Virus record (IMG/VR): IMGVR_UViG_3300035138_000032 | Coordinates: 13,389 to 77,388 of that record | Source of the DNA: a virus | Length of the DNA: 64,000 nucleotides | Strand: one strand, 5' to 3' | Shown here: positions 35,952-46,740 of the stretch, piece after piece | Layout of the letters: each line of letters begins with the position of its first letter | Position numbering within the stretch: position 1 is the first letter of the stretch | Made by a program: the position numbers and the translations under genes | Notes under the pieces: generated by a model | Databases searched by the model: none | The model's input: the letters and a program-made list of their open reading frames with translations, nothing else | What the model was told of the DNA's origin: nothing

Positions 35952-38477
35952 ATGGCTACTAAAATTAGAGGCGCACAAATTAAAGATGCTCTTGCCGGCG
36001 CAGGTTTAATAATGACTGACGGGGTTATGGCTGTTGGTTCAGGTACTGGTATTAGAGTTTATGATGATTATATAGAAACGTTGCCTTCCGAAATTGACCA
36101 TGACTTACTACTTAATTATGTTGCTGATGAACATATAGCTCACTCTAGTGTCTCTATATCTACCGGTGGTATATTGACAGGTGGCGGTACTATAGCACAA
36201 TCGAGGACTATTTCTTTATCGAGTTCTGATGTTGATCACGATCAAACAACTAATTTTGTTGCGGCCGAGCACATCAGATGGGATTTGACGGGCGCAGAGG
36301 ATATTCATCCAGATCGTATTGTAGCTTCTGGTATCGATCATGGAGGTCTGGCCAGCCTCGCTGATGATGATCACACACAATATTCTCTTGTAGATGGTGC
36401 TAGATCTTTTACAAGTACTGTTGGTGGTATTACCCCTACAGATGATGCTCACTTAGCAACGAAGTGGTATGTCGACAATGGGATAGCTACAGCTACTGGT
36501 ACATTGATAAGCGATCATGGCGAGTTAATTGGGTTAGATGATAATGACCATACTCAGTATGCTATGGGTGTTGCTGGAGCTCCCCTTTCTTATGCTTCTC
36601 AAACAGTAACATTTAATTATGACAGCATTGATTTAGGTGTAAGCGGTACCGATCTTTATGTTAAAGATAGCGGTATTGATCATGACCAGACAACAAATTA
36701 CGTTGCTGATGAGCATATTGCTCATTCTTCTGTGTCTATTACAGGTGGAGGTATTTTGTCTGGCGGTGGAGATATTACTTCAAGTAGATCCATATCACTT
36801 AGTCATTCCGGTGTTGATCACGATCAAACAACTAATTTTGTTGCGGCTGAGCACATCAGATGGGATTTGACGGGCGCAGAGGATATTCATCCTGATAGAA
36901 TCACATCTTCGGGTGTTACTCAGTATGTAAATGATTTAGATCATGGTAGTTTGTCTGGTTTGTCTGATGACGACCACACTATGTATTCTAGAGCGGATGG
37001 TACTAGGCCTTTTACAAGTACCGTTGGGGGTATTACACCTGTTGCTACCTCAGATCTTACAACAAAGGGGTATGTTGATGGTTTAATTCAAGGTCTTGAT
37101 TGGCAAGATTCAGTTTTAGATAGGGATCTTACAGCCCCACCTGCTTCTGGAACCAATGTAGGTGACAGGTATATTGTAGGAACTTCTGCTTCTGGTATTT
37201 GGGCAGGTCATGATAATGAAATAGCTGAATGGAGCGGTGTTTCTTGGGATTTTGTAACTACTTCAGGTAACGAAGGGACAGCCACTTGGGTAGAAGATGA
37301 GGATAGGCTTTTGGTGTGGAACGGGACCTCCTGGGCCACGTTTGGTTCTAATATAGAGCACAATAATCTTATAGGTATACAAGGTGGTTCCTCCAACGAA
37401 TATTATCATTTGTCTGCTACGGACTATGATGCTTTGGTTACATATCGTAGAGAAACCATAGAAGACTACGTAGGGGCTATGGTTAGTGGTACCGGTAGTA
37501 GTCAGACTAATATTACTGTTTCCTATGATGATAGCGGCTCTGCTGCTGGTTTTTTAGATTTTAGCGTTAACACAGCTACAGATAGTGTACTTGGTGTGGC
37601 TTCATTTTCGGCCTCGGATTTTGATGTAACTTCAGGGGCTGTTAGTTTAGAAGACACTGTTCTTAAAGCCATAAACACTGAATCAGGCGCTTTAACTATA
37701 AGCAATCATACGGTTACTATCAGTGGTGGTGAAGGAATAGATGTAACTCACACTGGAACTACCATCAGTGTTGCAGGTGAAGATGCTTCTGATACTAATA
37801 AAGGCGTGGCTTCTTTTAACAGTGATGATTTTACGGTAACAGCAGGTAGTGTGGTTATTGCTACTGGCGGTGTGGATAATGTTCAATTAGCTAATAGTAG
37901 TTTAACAGTTACAGCTGGTACTGGTATGATAGGTGGCGGTTCAGTATCTCTTGGCGGATCTACTACACTGAATGTGGGCGCTGGTGATGGTATTGATGTT
38001 TCTGCTTCTGGTGTAGCTGTTGACTATAAAGTTAACGATGGTCTTACTATAGATGCTACTGAGTTGACCATTGCTTATGATGATTCTACGATAGGTATCA
38101 TAAGTAATTCCTTGGCCGTTAAAGATGCAGGTATAACAGAGGCTAAGTTGGATATAGCTAATAGTCCTTCCGATGGTTATTATCTCAAATATACCACAGC
38201 TAGTGGTATGCAGTGGACTAATATAACCGATGATACTGAGGCAGTTCTTGAGTCTGACATTAAGTTTGAGGATGAGTCTTCCAATTGTGATGGTGCTACT
38301 ACTGAGTTTACTTTAGGGTTTACTCCTATCGCTAATTCTGTGCAGGTATTCTTAAACGGTCTATTACAACAAGAAGGTTCAGGTAATGACTATGAATTGT
38401 CCGGTACTACGGTGACGTTTAGTATGGCTCCTGAAACCAGTGACTTATTATTGATTTACTATATTGCTAATAATTAA
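35952..38477 (+). CDS. fibre protein with His-repeats, DUF2793-like domain and C-terminal VFLNG domain
   Basis: DH..L..L.DDDH.QY repeats; VLDRDLTAPP...GDRYIV....GIWAGHDNEIA.W...W.F. Confidence 0.8.
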   Translation: MATKIRGAQIKDALAGAGLIMTDGVMAVGSGTGIRVYDDYIETLPSEIDHDLLLNYVADEHIAHSSVSISTGGILTGGGTIAQSRTISLSSSDVDHDQTTNFVAAEHIRWDLTGAEDIHPDRIVASGIDHGGLASLADDDHTQYSLVDGARSFTSTVGGITPTDDAHLATKWYVDNGIATATGTLISDHGELIGLDDNDHTQYAMGVAGAPLSYASQTVTFNYDSIDLGVSGTDLYVKDSGIDHDQTTNYVADEHIAHSSVSITGGGILSGGGDITSSRSISLSHSGVDHDQTTNFVAAEHIRWDLTGAEDIHPDRITSSGVTQYVNDLDHGSLSGLSDDDHTMYSRADGTRPFTSTVGGITPVATSDLTTKGYVDGLIQGLDWQDSVLDRDLTAPPASGTNVGDRYIVGTSASGIWAGHDNEIAEWSGVSWDFVTTSGNEGTATWVEDEDRLLVWNGTSWATFGSNIEHNNLIGIQGGSSNEYYHLSATDYDALVTYRRETIEDYVGAMVSGTGSSQTNITVSYDDSGSAAGFLDFSVNTATDSVLGVASFSASDFDVTSGAVSLEDTVLKAINTESGALTISNHTVTISGGEGIDVTHTGTTISVAGEDASDTNKGVASFNSDDFTVTAGSVVIATGGVDNVQLANSSLTVTAGTGMIGGGSVSLGGSTTLNVGAGDGIDVSASGVAVDYKVNDGLTIDATELTIAYDDSTIGIISNSLAVKDAGITEAKLDIANSPSDGYYLKYTTASGMQWTNITDDTEAVLESDIKFEDESSNCDGATTEFTLGFTPIANSVQVFLNGLLQQEGSGNDYELSGTTVTFSMAPETSDLLLIYYIANN
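36230..36892 (+). repeat. 81-nt near-identical direct repeat (36230-36310 and 36812-36892)
   Basis: One C/T mismatch; 582-nt offset, in frame. Confidence 0.9.
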
Positions 38478-38524
38478 TATAACGGAGCGTATCGATAGAT
38501 GCGCTCCTTATTATAAGGAAAAAT

Positions 38525-38968
38525 ATGAAACTTAAAGGTAAGGCGGTGGATAAACTTCCAACACATAAAAGAGAAAAAATGGAAAGAACTTTAGATAGAA
38601 TGGAAAGAGTTAGGAGGAATGACAAAATGTTTTTACGTAAAACTATGGAAGAGAAGTTGTTGTGGGCAAGGGCTGAAAGGAACTTAGGTGTTGACACAGT
38701 AACTGGTTTGCGGAATCAAATTAAATCTATTGAAAATCAGATAGATAGAGTCCAAGAGCAGATGCTCAAATTGGACGGTATCATTTTGGTTTTGGAAGAT
38801 ATACTTGCAGCCGATAGAAAAGAAACAGAGATGTTAGCTAAACAAATTGAAGAACAATGTGAGAAAGTTGAAGATGGTATGAGTACAGACGAAGAATTAA
38901 TACCTGAAGTTAATAAAGAAAAGAAAGTAAGAAAAATACGAAAAAAAACTAAAAAAGAAGAAGATTAG
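38525..38968 (+). CDS. coiled-coil protein (possible fibre chaperone)
   Basis: Charged heptad-rich protein after a fibre gene. Confidence 0.65.
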   Translation: MKLKGKAVDKLPTHKREKMERTLDRMERVRRNDKMFLRKTMEEKLLWARAERNLGVDTVTGLRNQIKSIENQIDRVQEQMLKLDGIILVLEDILAADRKETEMLAKQIEEQCEKVEDGMSTDEELIPEVNKEKKVRKIRKKTKKEED

Positions 38969-39002
38969 GATTCAAGTAAAATATAAAGGATAATAAAAAT
39001 AA

Positions 39003-39743
39003 ATGGCTACAGCAAACACAGCTATTCGTTCAGAGCAAATTCAGGCGGCCACCATATCTGGCGGGCATTTGGACACTTATAATTTACCAGTAGATGCTTA
39101 TGTTATTAAGTGGAATGCTAGTCAGAATAAGATGGAGTGGGCCCCATTGGCAAGTCTGATTTCTAATGAAACCCCGTCTGGCGACGTTAATGGTACTAAT
39201 GTTACTTTTACATTGGGTAGCACACCAGTTACTGGTTCTGTAGAAGTTTATTTGAATGGTTTGTTACAAAAACCAGTTGGCGAGGATTATACTATTAATG
39301 GTCAGACTATTACTTTTGTTGAAGCGCCCGAAACTAATGATCTTTTGTTAGCGTCATATCTAACTCAGGCTGGTTTGGCTGCCGGCGCTACTACTAAGTA
39401 CCCTACTACTGTTGTTAGTTCCTCAGGTACGTATTCACCAACCAGTGATCAATATGCTTATACGTTTATTATGTCAGTTCCTGACGGAGGCGATTTAACT
39501 TTTAATCTTCCATCAGTAGGGGCTAGTGACATAGGTGCCTGGTATAGATTTACAAAATCTCCCTCCTCCTCTGGTATTTTGACTATTCAGACTGCAGACA
39601 GCGACGTTATAGCTGACACTACTCCGGGAGGTACTATTTACAATGATACTGCCTCAGAGGTTTATGCTAACGTAACTATACAGCTGATATCAGCAACACA
39701 GTGGACTATAACTGGGGCTCATGGTTCTTGGACTGCTACTTAG
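39003..39743 (+). CDS. virion fibre/adaptor protein
   Basis: VEVYLNGLLQ..DY..ITF..AP domain plus a C-terminal beta domain. Confidence 0.7.
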   Translation: MATANTAIRSEQIQAATISGGHLDTYNLPVDAYVIKWNASQNKMEWAPLASLISNETPSGDVNGTNVTFTLGSTPVTGSVEVYLNGLLQKPVGEDYTINGQTITFVEAPETNDLLLASYLTQAGLAAGATTKYPTTVVSSSGTYSPTSDQYAYTFIMSVPDGGDLTFNLPSVGASDIGAWYRFTKSPSSSGILTIQTADSDVIADTTPGGTIYNDTASEVYANVTIQLISATQWTITGAHGSWTAT

Positions 39744-39787
39744 TTATAATAACAATAATTGATTGTTATCATTAAGGGAGGAAAAAA

Positions 39788-40552
39788 ATGTCAGGCATAG
39801 ATGAATATACAGCTTTGATGCTTCACATGGATGGATCTGAAGACGGTGATTCTTCTATTTATGAGCATACTGTGGTAGCTAATGGTAGCCCTACATGGCA
39901 AGAAACACCGGCAAAATGGGGCAACTCAATATATTTTAAAGCTAGCGAACACGAATACCTGTCTGTGTCAGATCACCCTGTTTTTGCATTTGGAACACAG
40001 AAATTTACAATTGATTTTTGGGTTTATGGTAGGCCTAGTACTACTGGAGCATTTTATGCTCAGTATAACAATAGTGACCAAAGTAATAGAACAGCTATTA
40101 AGATGTACAATACTACTACTGTTATGTTTTATATAATTTCAGGTGGTAATTATGCTTTTCGTATAATATCTGATGATGGTTTACCGGCCACCCAATGGAA
40201 TCATATTGCAGTGGTTAGAAATGGGTTAACTACTAATGATTGGTATCTTTTTATAAATGGTCATAATGGTTCACCTACTATAGATTATGATCCATCCAGC
40301 AGTGTGCCTAATTATGATCAAGGCCCGACTATTGGTTATTTCTATCATTCTGTACCCCAATATATGAGTAGTTATATGGATGAGTTGAGGGTGTCTGTAG
40401 GCATTGCTCGTTGGAAAAAAGATTTTACTCCGCCTATTAACCCTTATGATGAGTTTGTGGGTCCAGGGAACATTTTTGGTAAAGAGAGGGCCGGGGCTTT
40501 TACTTTCGGTTCTAAAGTTGATGATGTTTGGTATCTTGGTACTGATTCATAA
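39788..40552 (+). CDS. LamG/concanavalin A-like lectin-domain virion protein
   Basis: LMLHMDG...FTIDFW...WNHIAVVR...LFING...YMDELRVS.G.AR. Confidence 0.85.
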   Translation: MSGIDEYTALMLHMDGSEDGDSSIYEHTVVANGSPTWQETPAKWGNSIYFKASEHEYLSVSDHPVFAFGTQKFTIDFWVYGRPSTTGAFYAQYNNSDQSNRTAIKMYNTTTVMFYIISGGNYAFRIISDDGLPATQWNHIAVVRNGLTTNDWYLFINGHNGSPTIDYDPSSSVPNYDQGPTIGYFYHSVPQYMSSYMDELRVSVGIARWKKDFTPPINPYDEFVGPGNIFGKERAGAFTFGSKVDDVWYLGTDS

Positions 40553-40563
40553 GGAGTAGATAA

Positions 40564-40920
40564 ATGGCAAGAAGTAGATTCACAGAAGACCAAGCATTAG
40601 ATGCTGATTTCTTTTCAGAGGACGAGGCCGCCACTTTATCTGGTGTGTTACAGGCAGAGATTGATGCTAAACCAGATAATTTTTTGGACCTAGGTGACAC
40701 GCCAGATAGTTATACTGATAATTATTATTTAAGATTTACTGCTTCTGGTATAGAGGCGGCTGTTGTTACAGCTACATCAGAGTTTCCTAGATATTATATA
40801 GAGTCAGATATTACTGTTTCAGTTAATGATTATGGTCAGTATGCTATAAGAGAGACTGGTTATATAGAGGTGGCGGGGACTCTTGAATTTGGTAACGGTG
40901 GGATGTTAATAATAGTATAG
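40564..40920 (+). CDS. small virion protein
   Basis: FLDLGDTPDSY fibre motif; AAGGAG RBS. Confidence 0.65.
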   Translation: MARSRFTEDQALDADFFSEDEAATLSGVLQAEIDAKPDNFLDLGDTPDSYTDNYYLRFTASGIEAAVVTATSEFPRYYIESDITVSVNDYGQYAIRETGYIEVAGTLEFGNGGMLIIV

Positions 40921-40931
40921 GAGTATTAAAA

Positions 40932-43900
40932 ATGAGTAAAAGTGGACAAATAATAATACCATATGGCGATGCGCCAATGACGCCTAATAGCGGTAAGATA
41001 ACTATATATGCTGATAATAATAAGGTGCCATATTACAAAGATGATGAAGGTAACGCATACCAATTGGCTCCAAGTGGTATTGTCACCGCGCATAACGAAT
41101 TGACTGGACTATCTGCTGATGATCATCCTCAATATCACAACGATGTTCGTGGAGATGCAAGGTATTATACACAAGCACAAGTGGATGCGTTTATAACATC
41201 AGTGTCTGGTAATCCCGCCTTCATAGAGTTGACGGACACTCCTAACACATACCCATCTCATAATAATAATATATTAAGGGCCACTTCGTCTGGTATGGAA
41301 TATTACGTGATGGATAGTAGTTGTCGTGTTGTTAATGTTTCTTCCTCTATTGGCTCTTCTTTAGGTGATGGTAGTTTTATTTTTCCTTTGGACACTATAG
41401 ATAATGCTATTCAACATATAAAAGACATCGGTGTTTCAGGAACTAATTATGTAGTACAGCTATTTCCGGGTTATCATTACGTAGATTCTGTCATTGTAGA
41501 CACACCACTAGTACGCTCTATAATAGGCTTAGACAGTAATTCTACCTACATAAAACCTAATAGTTCAACACCAAACAGTTTTTTTAATATATATTATAAA
41601 ACGGATTTATCTAATATAACAATAGATGCTACTGATTATCCATTGTTAGTTACTTCTTCTGGTTCGATTGGTATAAATGTTTTAGATGACAGCTATAATC
41701 AGGTCAATTTTGACAGGATTTTTATATATGGTTTCAGAACTGGTTTTTATACTAATGTAGAATCAAATGTGTATATGAATGATTGTGATATACGGTCTGC
41801 CGGAACAGCTGTAAAAGTAGGCGCCGGTGCTTTATTTGATGCTGATAATATTTTTATAGAGGATTGTTGGGACAAGCACATTCATATATTTGGAAACGCT
41901 GAAGCCTATTTCGCTGATGCTGAAATGTGCTCTACAAATACGTTAAGCGGTACTGGTTTGTATGTAGAAGGTGATGACACTTATGTAGAGATTTTCGGCG
42001 GCACTAATATATGGGGTTGCGATAAAGATCTGTATGTTAGAGACGCAGCAACGGTAAGAGTGGATGGTTGTGTGTTAGAAGAATCGGAAAGTTATCCATG
42101 TATAGAGCAATCTGGGGAATCGACTTTAATTATCATAAATTCTAGGGCCCCATTGAGTTCAGATAGCTTGTTAGTAGAGAACGATACTAGTGTTTATATC
42201 AACGCTTATGATTCTGATAATTCAATTACTACTATAGGTAAAAGCGCGCCAAAAAATCAACCTCTCTTCAGCATTGCTACTGGAAATGTTAACAATCCTT
42301 ATCTATCTTATGAGGATAACCATGATAATTTATATTCTGCCCTTGGTTTTGTAGTTCCGACAACAGGCTCTGGTTCCGAATTATTTGCATCCGCGACAGA
42401 AGGTCCAGCTTCTATAGCAGCGCATTCTATAGGCAATTCTGCTTGGGATAATGAATGTTCTATAAAATTAATGGGTGTGCAGACTGGTGTGGATAGGGGT
42501 TGGTACATTAAAAAATTATCTGGAGCGACGCCTCAACTATCTATTAAATACGTAGATGGAACCACCGCCTTTTATGCAAACCCAGATGGTTCTGTGGAGT
42601 TTAATTCGGGCGTTAGTATCAATAAGATCTTAGATGAAGATGATTTTGCGTCTAATGACCCTTCTGGGTTGGTTACACAACAATCTATATATACTTTTGT
42701 ATCCACCACATCTGGTTCTATAAATAATGATATAATAAGTAATACTAATAACATAGCCATAAATGCTGCCAACATAACTACCGTGTCCAATACGGTCGAT
42801 ACTAATATAACTAATATAGCTACAAACACAAATAATATAAATATAAATGCTGATAATATAAGTGATAATGCCGATGATATAACAACATTATCAGGTCTTA
42901 TAGATTTTTTTAGTGATCATGGTAATTTATATGGTAAATCCGATGATGATCATCCACAATACCATAATAATACAAGGGGCGATGCCCGGTATTATACACA
43001 AAGTCAAGTAGATTCTATGATAGTTGATACTGCGTCTGGAGTGTCTTATGTAAATACAGATTGGAGTACTATTGATGTACAAGATGCTATAGATAAACTT
43101 ACGGATTACACAGAAAATACACACGGCTCTGGTAGAATATCACCTGATGTGGTTTTAACGGTATCTGGCGGCCTGTCGCCGTATTTAATAGCACATGCTG
43201 GAGAAGGTTATATAAATCACGGCGGTCTACATGAATATATATCTTGGGGCGAGGAGGTTGTTGATTTTACCTCTTATTCACAGGGTCTGTATTATGTTTA
43301 TGTAGATACAAATGGTGATGTGTTGACGTCATCCTCGGATCCAGGACTTATACAGGTTGTATCTTTAGGTTTATGTTATTATACTGGTACAGTCATAGGA
43401 TTTGCGCAATCGTGTGGTTGTATAATAGAAAACTCTTTAAATAGAATTATTGATTATATGCATAATTTAGGGGTGTTTTTAATTTCAGATGGTGGTTTAG
43501 TACAGACTATGTCTGGGGAAACAAATAGGATTGTGTCGCCAGCCTGCTCAGCTCAAAACGGTACTGCAGTAGTAGCCATGCCCGAAGTGGACAGTGATGA
43601 CGCTGCTTCAGCTAATTTTTATTGTATTTATACGTCTGTGGATGAGGACATGGAGGCCCTTGGTTATTTTGCATCTTCTGTAGGTTACAATGGTTCTATA
43701 TTTACGGATAGGTGGAATGATGTTACTGCCTCTGGATCTGTACAATTAGCCGGTACATATACCTTTACTCAATATTCTAATACAGTTACAGTAGCGGGCA
43801 GCGTAGCTGATTTACATGTTGATGATTTTATATGGTATGGTACAGATACGGATTCTTATGCTACTCCAATAACTTCTATAGTGGGAAATACTATAACTTT

Positions 43901-45995
43901 AGAATCTATATATGCTGGAACTGGGGGTACAGGGGCGGCTTTCGCTGATAAATCATTACCACGGGTACCTACAGGTAAATGGATTAAGCATTTAATTAGT
44001 AGAACTTTAGATGGTTCTATGGAATTATTGGTTACTCAAACCTATTTTGATACGGAAGAGGATGCTCTGGCTGCCCCTGGCCCACAAATTCCTGAAGTTA
44101 TAGAGAAATCAAATATGAAGATGTCTTATGTGGTATGCTCTGGAACAGCCACTGATGTAAGCGATGGTTTAATTGATATACGTCCCCTACCATTCTATGC
44201 GAGGGAAGGTGGCGGTCAATCAGGTGGCGGGGCGAATGACCATGGCGCCCTTTCTGGTCTAAGTGATGACGATCATATACAATATAGTTTGGTAAATGGT
44301 AATAGAAATTTTACCAGTAAAGTAGGGTATAGCTCACACCCAGGTTTTATGCTAGACACTGATATAGTAGATAAAAAATATGTTGATGATTCAATAAGTG
44401 GTTACACTACTGACCATGGAGCTCTTTCTGGTCTCAGTGATGATGACCACACACAATATCACAACGATGCTCGCGGAGATGTTAGATATTATACCCAAAA
44501 TCAAGTTGATAATATATCTGGTACGTTAAATATAAAAATAGAGAATCGTTATACAGAGTCTGAAACCGATGCCTTATTGTCCGCTAAAGCCTCTTACTTG
44601 TTTAGTTCAAATACTTTTTCAGGTACTGGTAATGTTCATGCTGGAAATTTTTATGGCGATGGTTCTAATCTTACTGGTATATTGCATTCTTCTCTATCCG
44701 ATATAGATCCAAACCAGCACCATAATAGACTACATTCTATAACTTCAACATCAGACCATTCCGCAGGTAATTGGAGTTTGTTTTACTCTGATGGTTCAGG
44801 TCATATAAATGAATTACCTATTGGTCAAAGCGGTTATGTGCTTACTTCGAGTGGGGTTTCTAATTTGCCTTATTGGTCAAGTGGATACGGTGATACACCG
44901 GTAGTTCAAATCAGGCGCTCCACTAATTACACACTAACAACTAGCTATACTAATGTACCATTCGACCTCACCGATGTTGAAAATGATTCTTCGGTTTTGG
45001 AACATAACGCTTCAAGTACGGAGCGTGTGGATATAAAAGTTTCCGGATTATATATGCTAACGTACTCCATAAATGTTGATTCTGGCTCCAGCTTCGATAC
45101 CATAGATTTTAGGATGGTGGTCAACGGCACCACTGTGGTTGATGGAAGTGAAAAACAGATGACTAAATACTCTATAATAGAAAATATATCTAATAGTTGC
45201 TATGTAGATCTTACTGCTGGGGATTATGTCACTGTTCAAGGGCAGATAGATGGTGGCACTAATTATGTGCTGTCGACCAGTATTTGTACCGTTAGTCGTG
45301 CGCAATCAATAAAAGGCGAAAAGGGTGACATAGGTACCCCAGGATCCGGAAGTACATTAGTGATACAAGATGAGGGTTCTAGCATAACCAGTACGCCTCA
45401 TTCCGCATTAAATTTTGTCGGATCTAATGTGTCCGTAGCTGATTCTGGCTCCGGAGTGGCTACTGTGACTATAAGCGCGGCAAGTGGCGGAATAGGTGTT
45501 AGCGATGAAGGTATCCCGTTGAGCGGCGGTCCATTTACAACGTTAGATTTTACTGGGCAAATGGTAACAGCTACTAATGCAGGTAGTAATGTGGCTACTA
45601 TAGATATTCCATATCCTATATTTGGTTCGTGGTATGGTTGGGGAGGTGATTCAAGCGAGTCTTACACTAATTCTACATCTTGGGTTAATAAGGTGTCCGT
45701 TAGTGTTCCGACTGTGCCGATTGGTCATTATAGAATAGGATGGTATTTTGAATGGCGACTTAATAATGTTAATTATGATTTTAGGTCACAAATTCAAGTA
45801 GATAATACTGATACCGTTATGTCAATGAATGTAGAACCTAAAGACTCAGCATCTTATAGCCCAGTATCAGGCTTTGCTATATTGGAGTTTACTAGTGAGG
45901 CTTCCCACTCTATAGATGTGGACTACTCAGTAGAAGCTGGTTTTACTAGTGGATATATAAGAAATGTGAGGATAGAATATTGGAGGGTAGCATAA
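40932..45995 (+). CDS. large fibre/receptor-binding protein (beta-helix, His-repeats, C1q/BclA-like domain)
   Basis: Pectin-lyase-like region; DH..L.GL.DDDH.QY repeats; VPFD...VSGLY...Y...V.LTAGDYV; short GEKGDIG collagen-like stretch. Confidence 0.8.
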   Translation: MSKSGQIIIPYGDAPMTPNSGKITIYADNNKVPYYKDDEGNAYQLAPSGIVTAHNELTGLSADDHPQYHNDVRGDARYYTQAQVDAFITSVSGNPAFIELTDTPNTYPSHNNNILRATSSGMEYYVMDSSCRVVNVSSSIGSSLGDGSFIFPLDTIDNAIQHIKDIGVSGTNYVVQLFPGYHYVDSVIVDTPLVRSIIGLDSNSTYIKPNSSTPNSFFNIYYKTDLSNITIDATDYPLLVTSSGSIGINVLDDSYNQVNFDRIFIYGFRTGFYTNVESNVYMNDCDIRSAGTAVKVGAGALFDADNIFIEDCWDKHIHIFGNAEAYFADAEMCSTNTLSGTGLYVEGDDTYVEIFGGTNIWGCDKDLYVRDAATVRVDGCVLEESESYPCIEQSGESTLIIINSRAPLSSDSLLVENDTSVYINAYDSDNSITTIGKSAPKNQPLFSIATGNVNNPYLSYEDNHDNLYSALGFVVPTTGSGSELFASATEGPASIAAHSIGNSAWDNECSIKLMGVQTGVDRGWYIKKLSGATPQLSIKYVDGTTAFYANPDGSVEFNSGVSINKILDEDDFASNDPSGLVTQQSIYTFVSTTSGSINNDIISNTNNIAINAANITTVSNTVDTNITNIATNTNNININADNISDNADDITTLSGLIDFFSDHGNLYGKSDDDHPQYHNNTRGDARYYTQSQVDSMIVDTASGVSYVNTDWSTIDVQDAIDKLTDYTENTHGSGRISPDVVLTVSGGLSPYLIAHAGEGYINHGGLHEYISWGEEVVDFTSYSQGLYYVYVDTNGDVLTSSSDPGLIQVVSLGLCYYTGTVIGFAQSCGCIIENSLNRIIDYMHNLGVFLISDGGLVQTMSGETNRIVSPACSAQNGTAVVAMPEVDSDDAASANFYCIYTSVDEDMEALGYFASSVGYNGSIFTDRWNDVTASGSVQLAGTYTFTQYSNTVTVAGSVADLHVDDFIWYGTDTDSYATPITSIVGNTITLESIYAGTGGTGAAFADKSLPRVPTGKWIKHLISRTLDGSMELLVTQTYFDTEEDALAAPGPQIPEVIEKSNMKMSYVVCSGTATDVSDGLIDIRPLPFYAREGGGQSGGGANDHGALSGLSDDDHIQYSLVNGNRNFTSKVGYSSHPGFMLDTDIVDKKYVDDSISGYTTDHGALSGLSDDDHTQYHNDARGDVRYYTQNQVDNISGTLNIKIENRYTESETDALLSAKASYLFSSNTFSGTGNVHAGNFYGDGSNLTGILHSSLSDIDPNQHHNRLHSITSTSDHSAGNWSLFYSDGSGHINELPIGQSGYVLTSSGVSNLPYWSSGYGDTPVVQIRRSTNYTLTTSYTNVPFDLTDVENDSSVLEHNASSTERVDIKVSGLYMLTYSINVDSGSSFDTIDFRMVVNGTTVVDGSEKQMTKYSIIENISNSCYVDLTAGDYVTVQGQIDGGTNYVLSTSICTVSRAQSIKGEKGDIGTPGSGSTLVIQDEGSSITSTPHSALNFVGSNVSVADSGSGVATVTISAASGGIGVSDEGIPLSGGPFTTLDFTGQMVTATNAGSNVATIDIPYPIFGSWYGWGGDSSESYTNSTSWVNKVSVSVPTVPIGHYRIGWYFEWRLNNVNYDFRSQIQVDNTDTVMSMNVEPKDSASYSPVSGFAILEFTSEASHSIDVDYSVEAGFTSGYIRNVRIEYWRVA

Positions 45996-45996
45996 T

Positions 45997-46740
45997 ATGG
46001 AAGAATATACTTATTCGGTTGATAATGACTTTCCTAATCAACAGGTCGATATAAATAGTTTTTCTGATGAAATAGTAGTATCAGATATAAGTATAACTTT
46101 GTCATACATAGTGGTAAATGGTGATGTGTGTAGTATGTTTTTTGTTGACTCATTAACGCAATCTGATGAAAGTTTATTGGGGTCTTTAGTAGCTGCACAT
46201 ACCGGCGAGGGCGTCTCCTGTAGTAGTTGTCAGATATCTATGGGTATCGCTCCTAAACAAGGAGACAAGATATGGTTTGACACAAATAGTGGCCTTATTT
46301 ATTGTTATGATTTAATTAGAGAATCTTGGTTGAGTAGTAGTAAATATTACTTTTGCTATTCTAAAAAGGGCAAGTCCTCTGGTATGTATTTACCTGCTAT
46401 TTTGGATAGTTCTTCTGTGAGCACTTATACATTATTGGATTCATACGAAGAGGTTAATAAGGTAAGTCTTGACGGTTACGCAGCAGCTCGTACCGCTACA
46501 ATGACTGGTGTATTTTGTAGAAGTCAGTTGGGGCAGGATGACATGACTTTCTACATAATGAGGAATGGTATCGTAGTGTATACTTTTAGTTATGATGGTT
46601 CTGGTTCATTAAGGTATTTGAATAATGATTTGAATATAGAAATAGAGCCTTATGACGAAATACAAGTTTATGTGGCCAGAAAAGGTCAGGGTGTAAGGAA
46701 CACTTTTTGCAGAATAGAGATTTCTTGGAGGTATGAATAA
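45997..46740 (+). CDS. virion-associated protein
   Basis: L.S...AH.G motif; GDKIWFDT..G.IY. Confidence 0.6.
   Translation: MEEYTYSVDNDFPNQQVDINSFSDEIVVSDISITLSYIVVNGDVCSMFFVDSLTQSDESLLGSLVAAHTGEGVSCSSCQISMGIAPKQGDKIWFDTNSGLIYCYDLIRESWLSSSKYYFCYSKKGKSSGMYLPAILDSSSVSTYTLLDSYEEVNKVSLDGYAAARTATMTGVFCRSQLGQDDMTFYIMRNGIVVYTFSYDGSGSLRYLNNDLNIEIEPYDEIQVYVARKGQGVRNTFCRIEISWRYE

Noticed and set aside
36230-36892. DGR template/variable repeat pair
   Set aside because: Single C/T mismatch rather than adenine-specific differences; both copies in frame in one gene; no reverse transcriptase seen.
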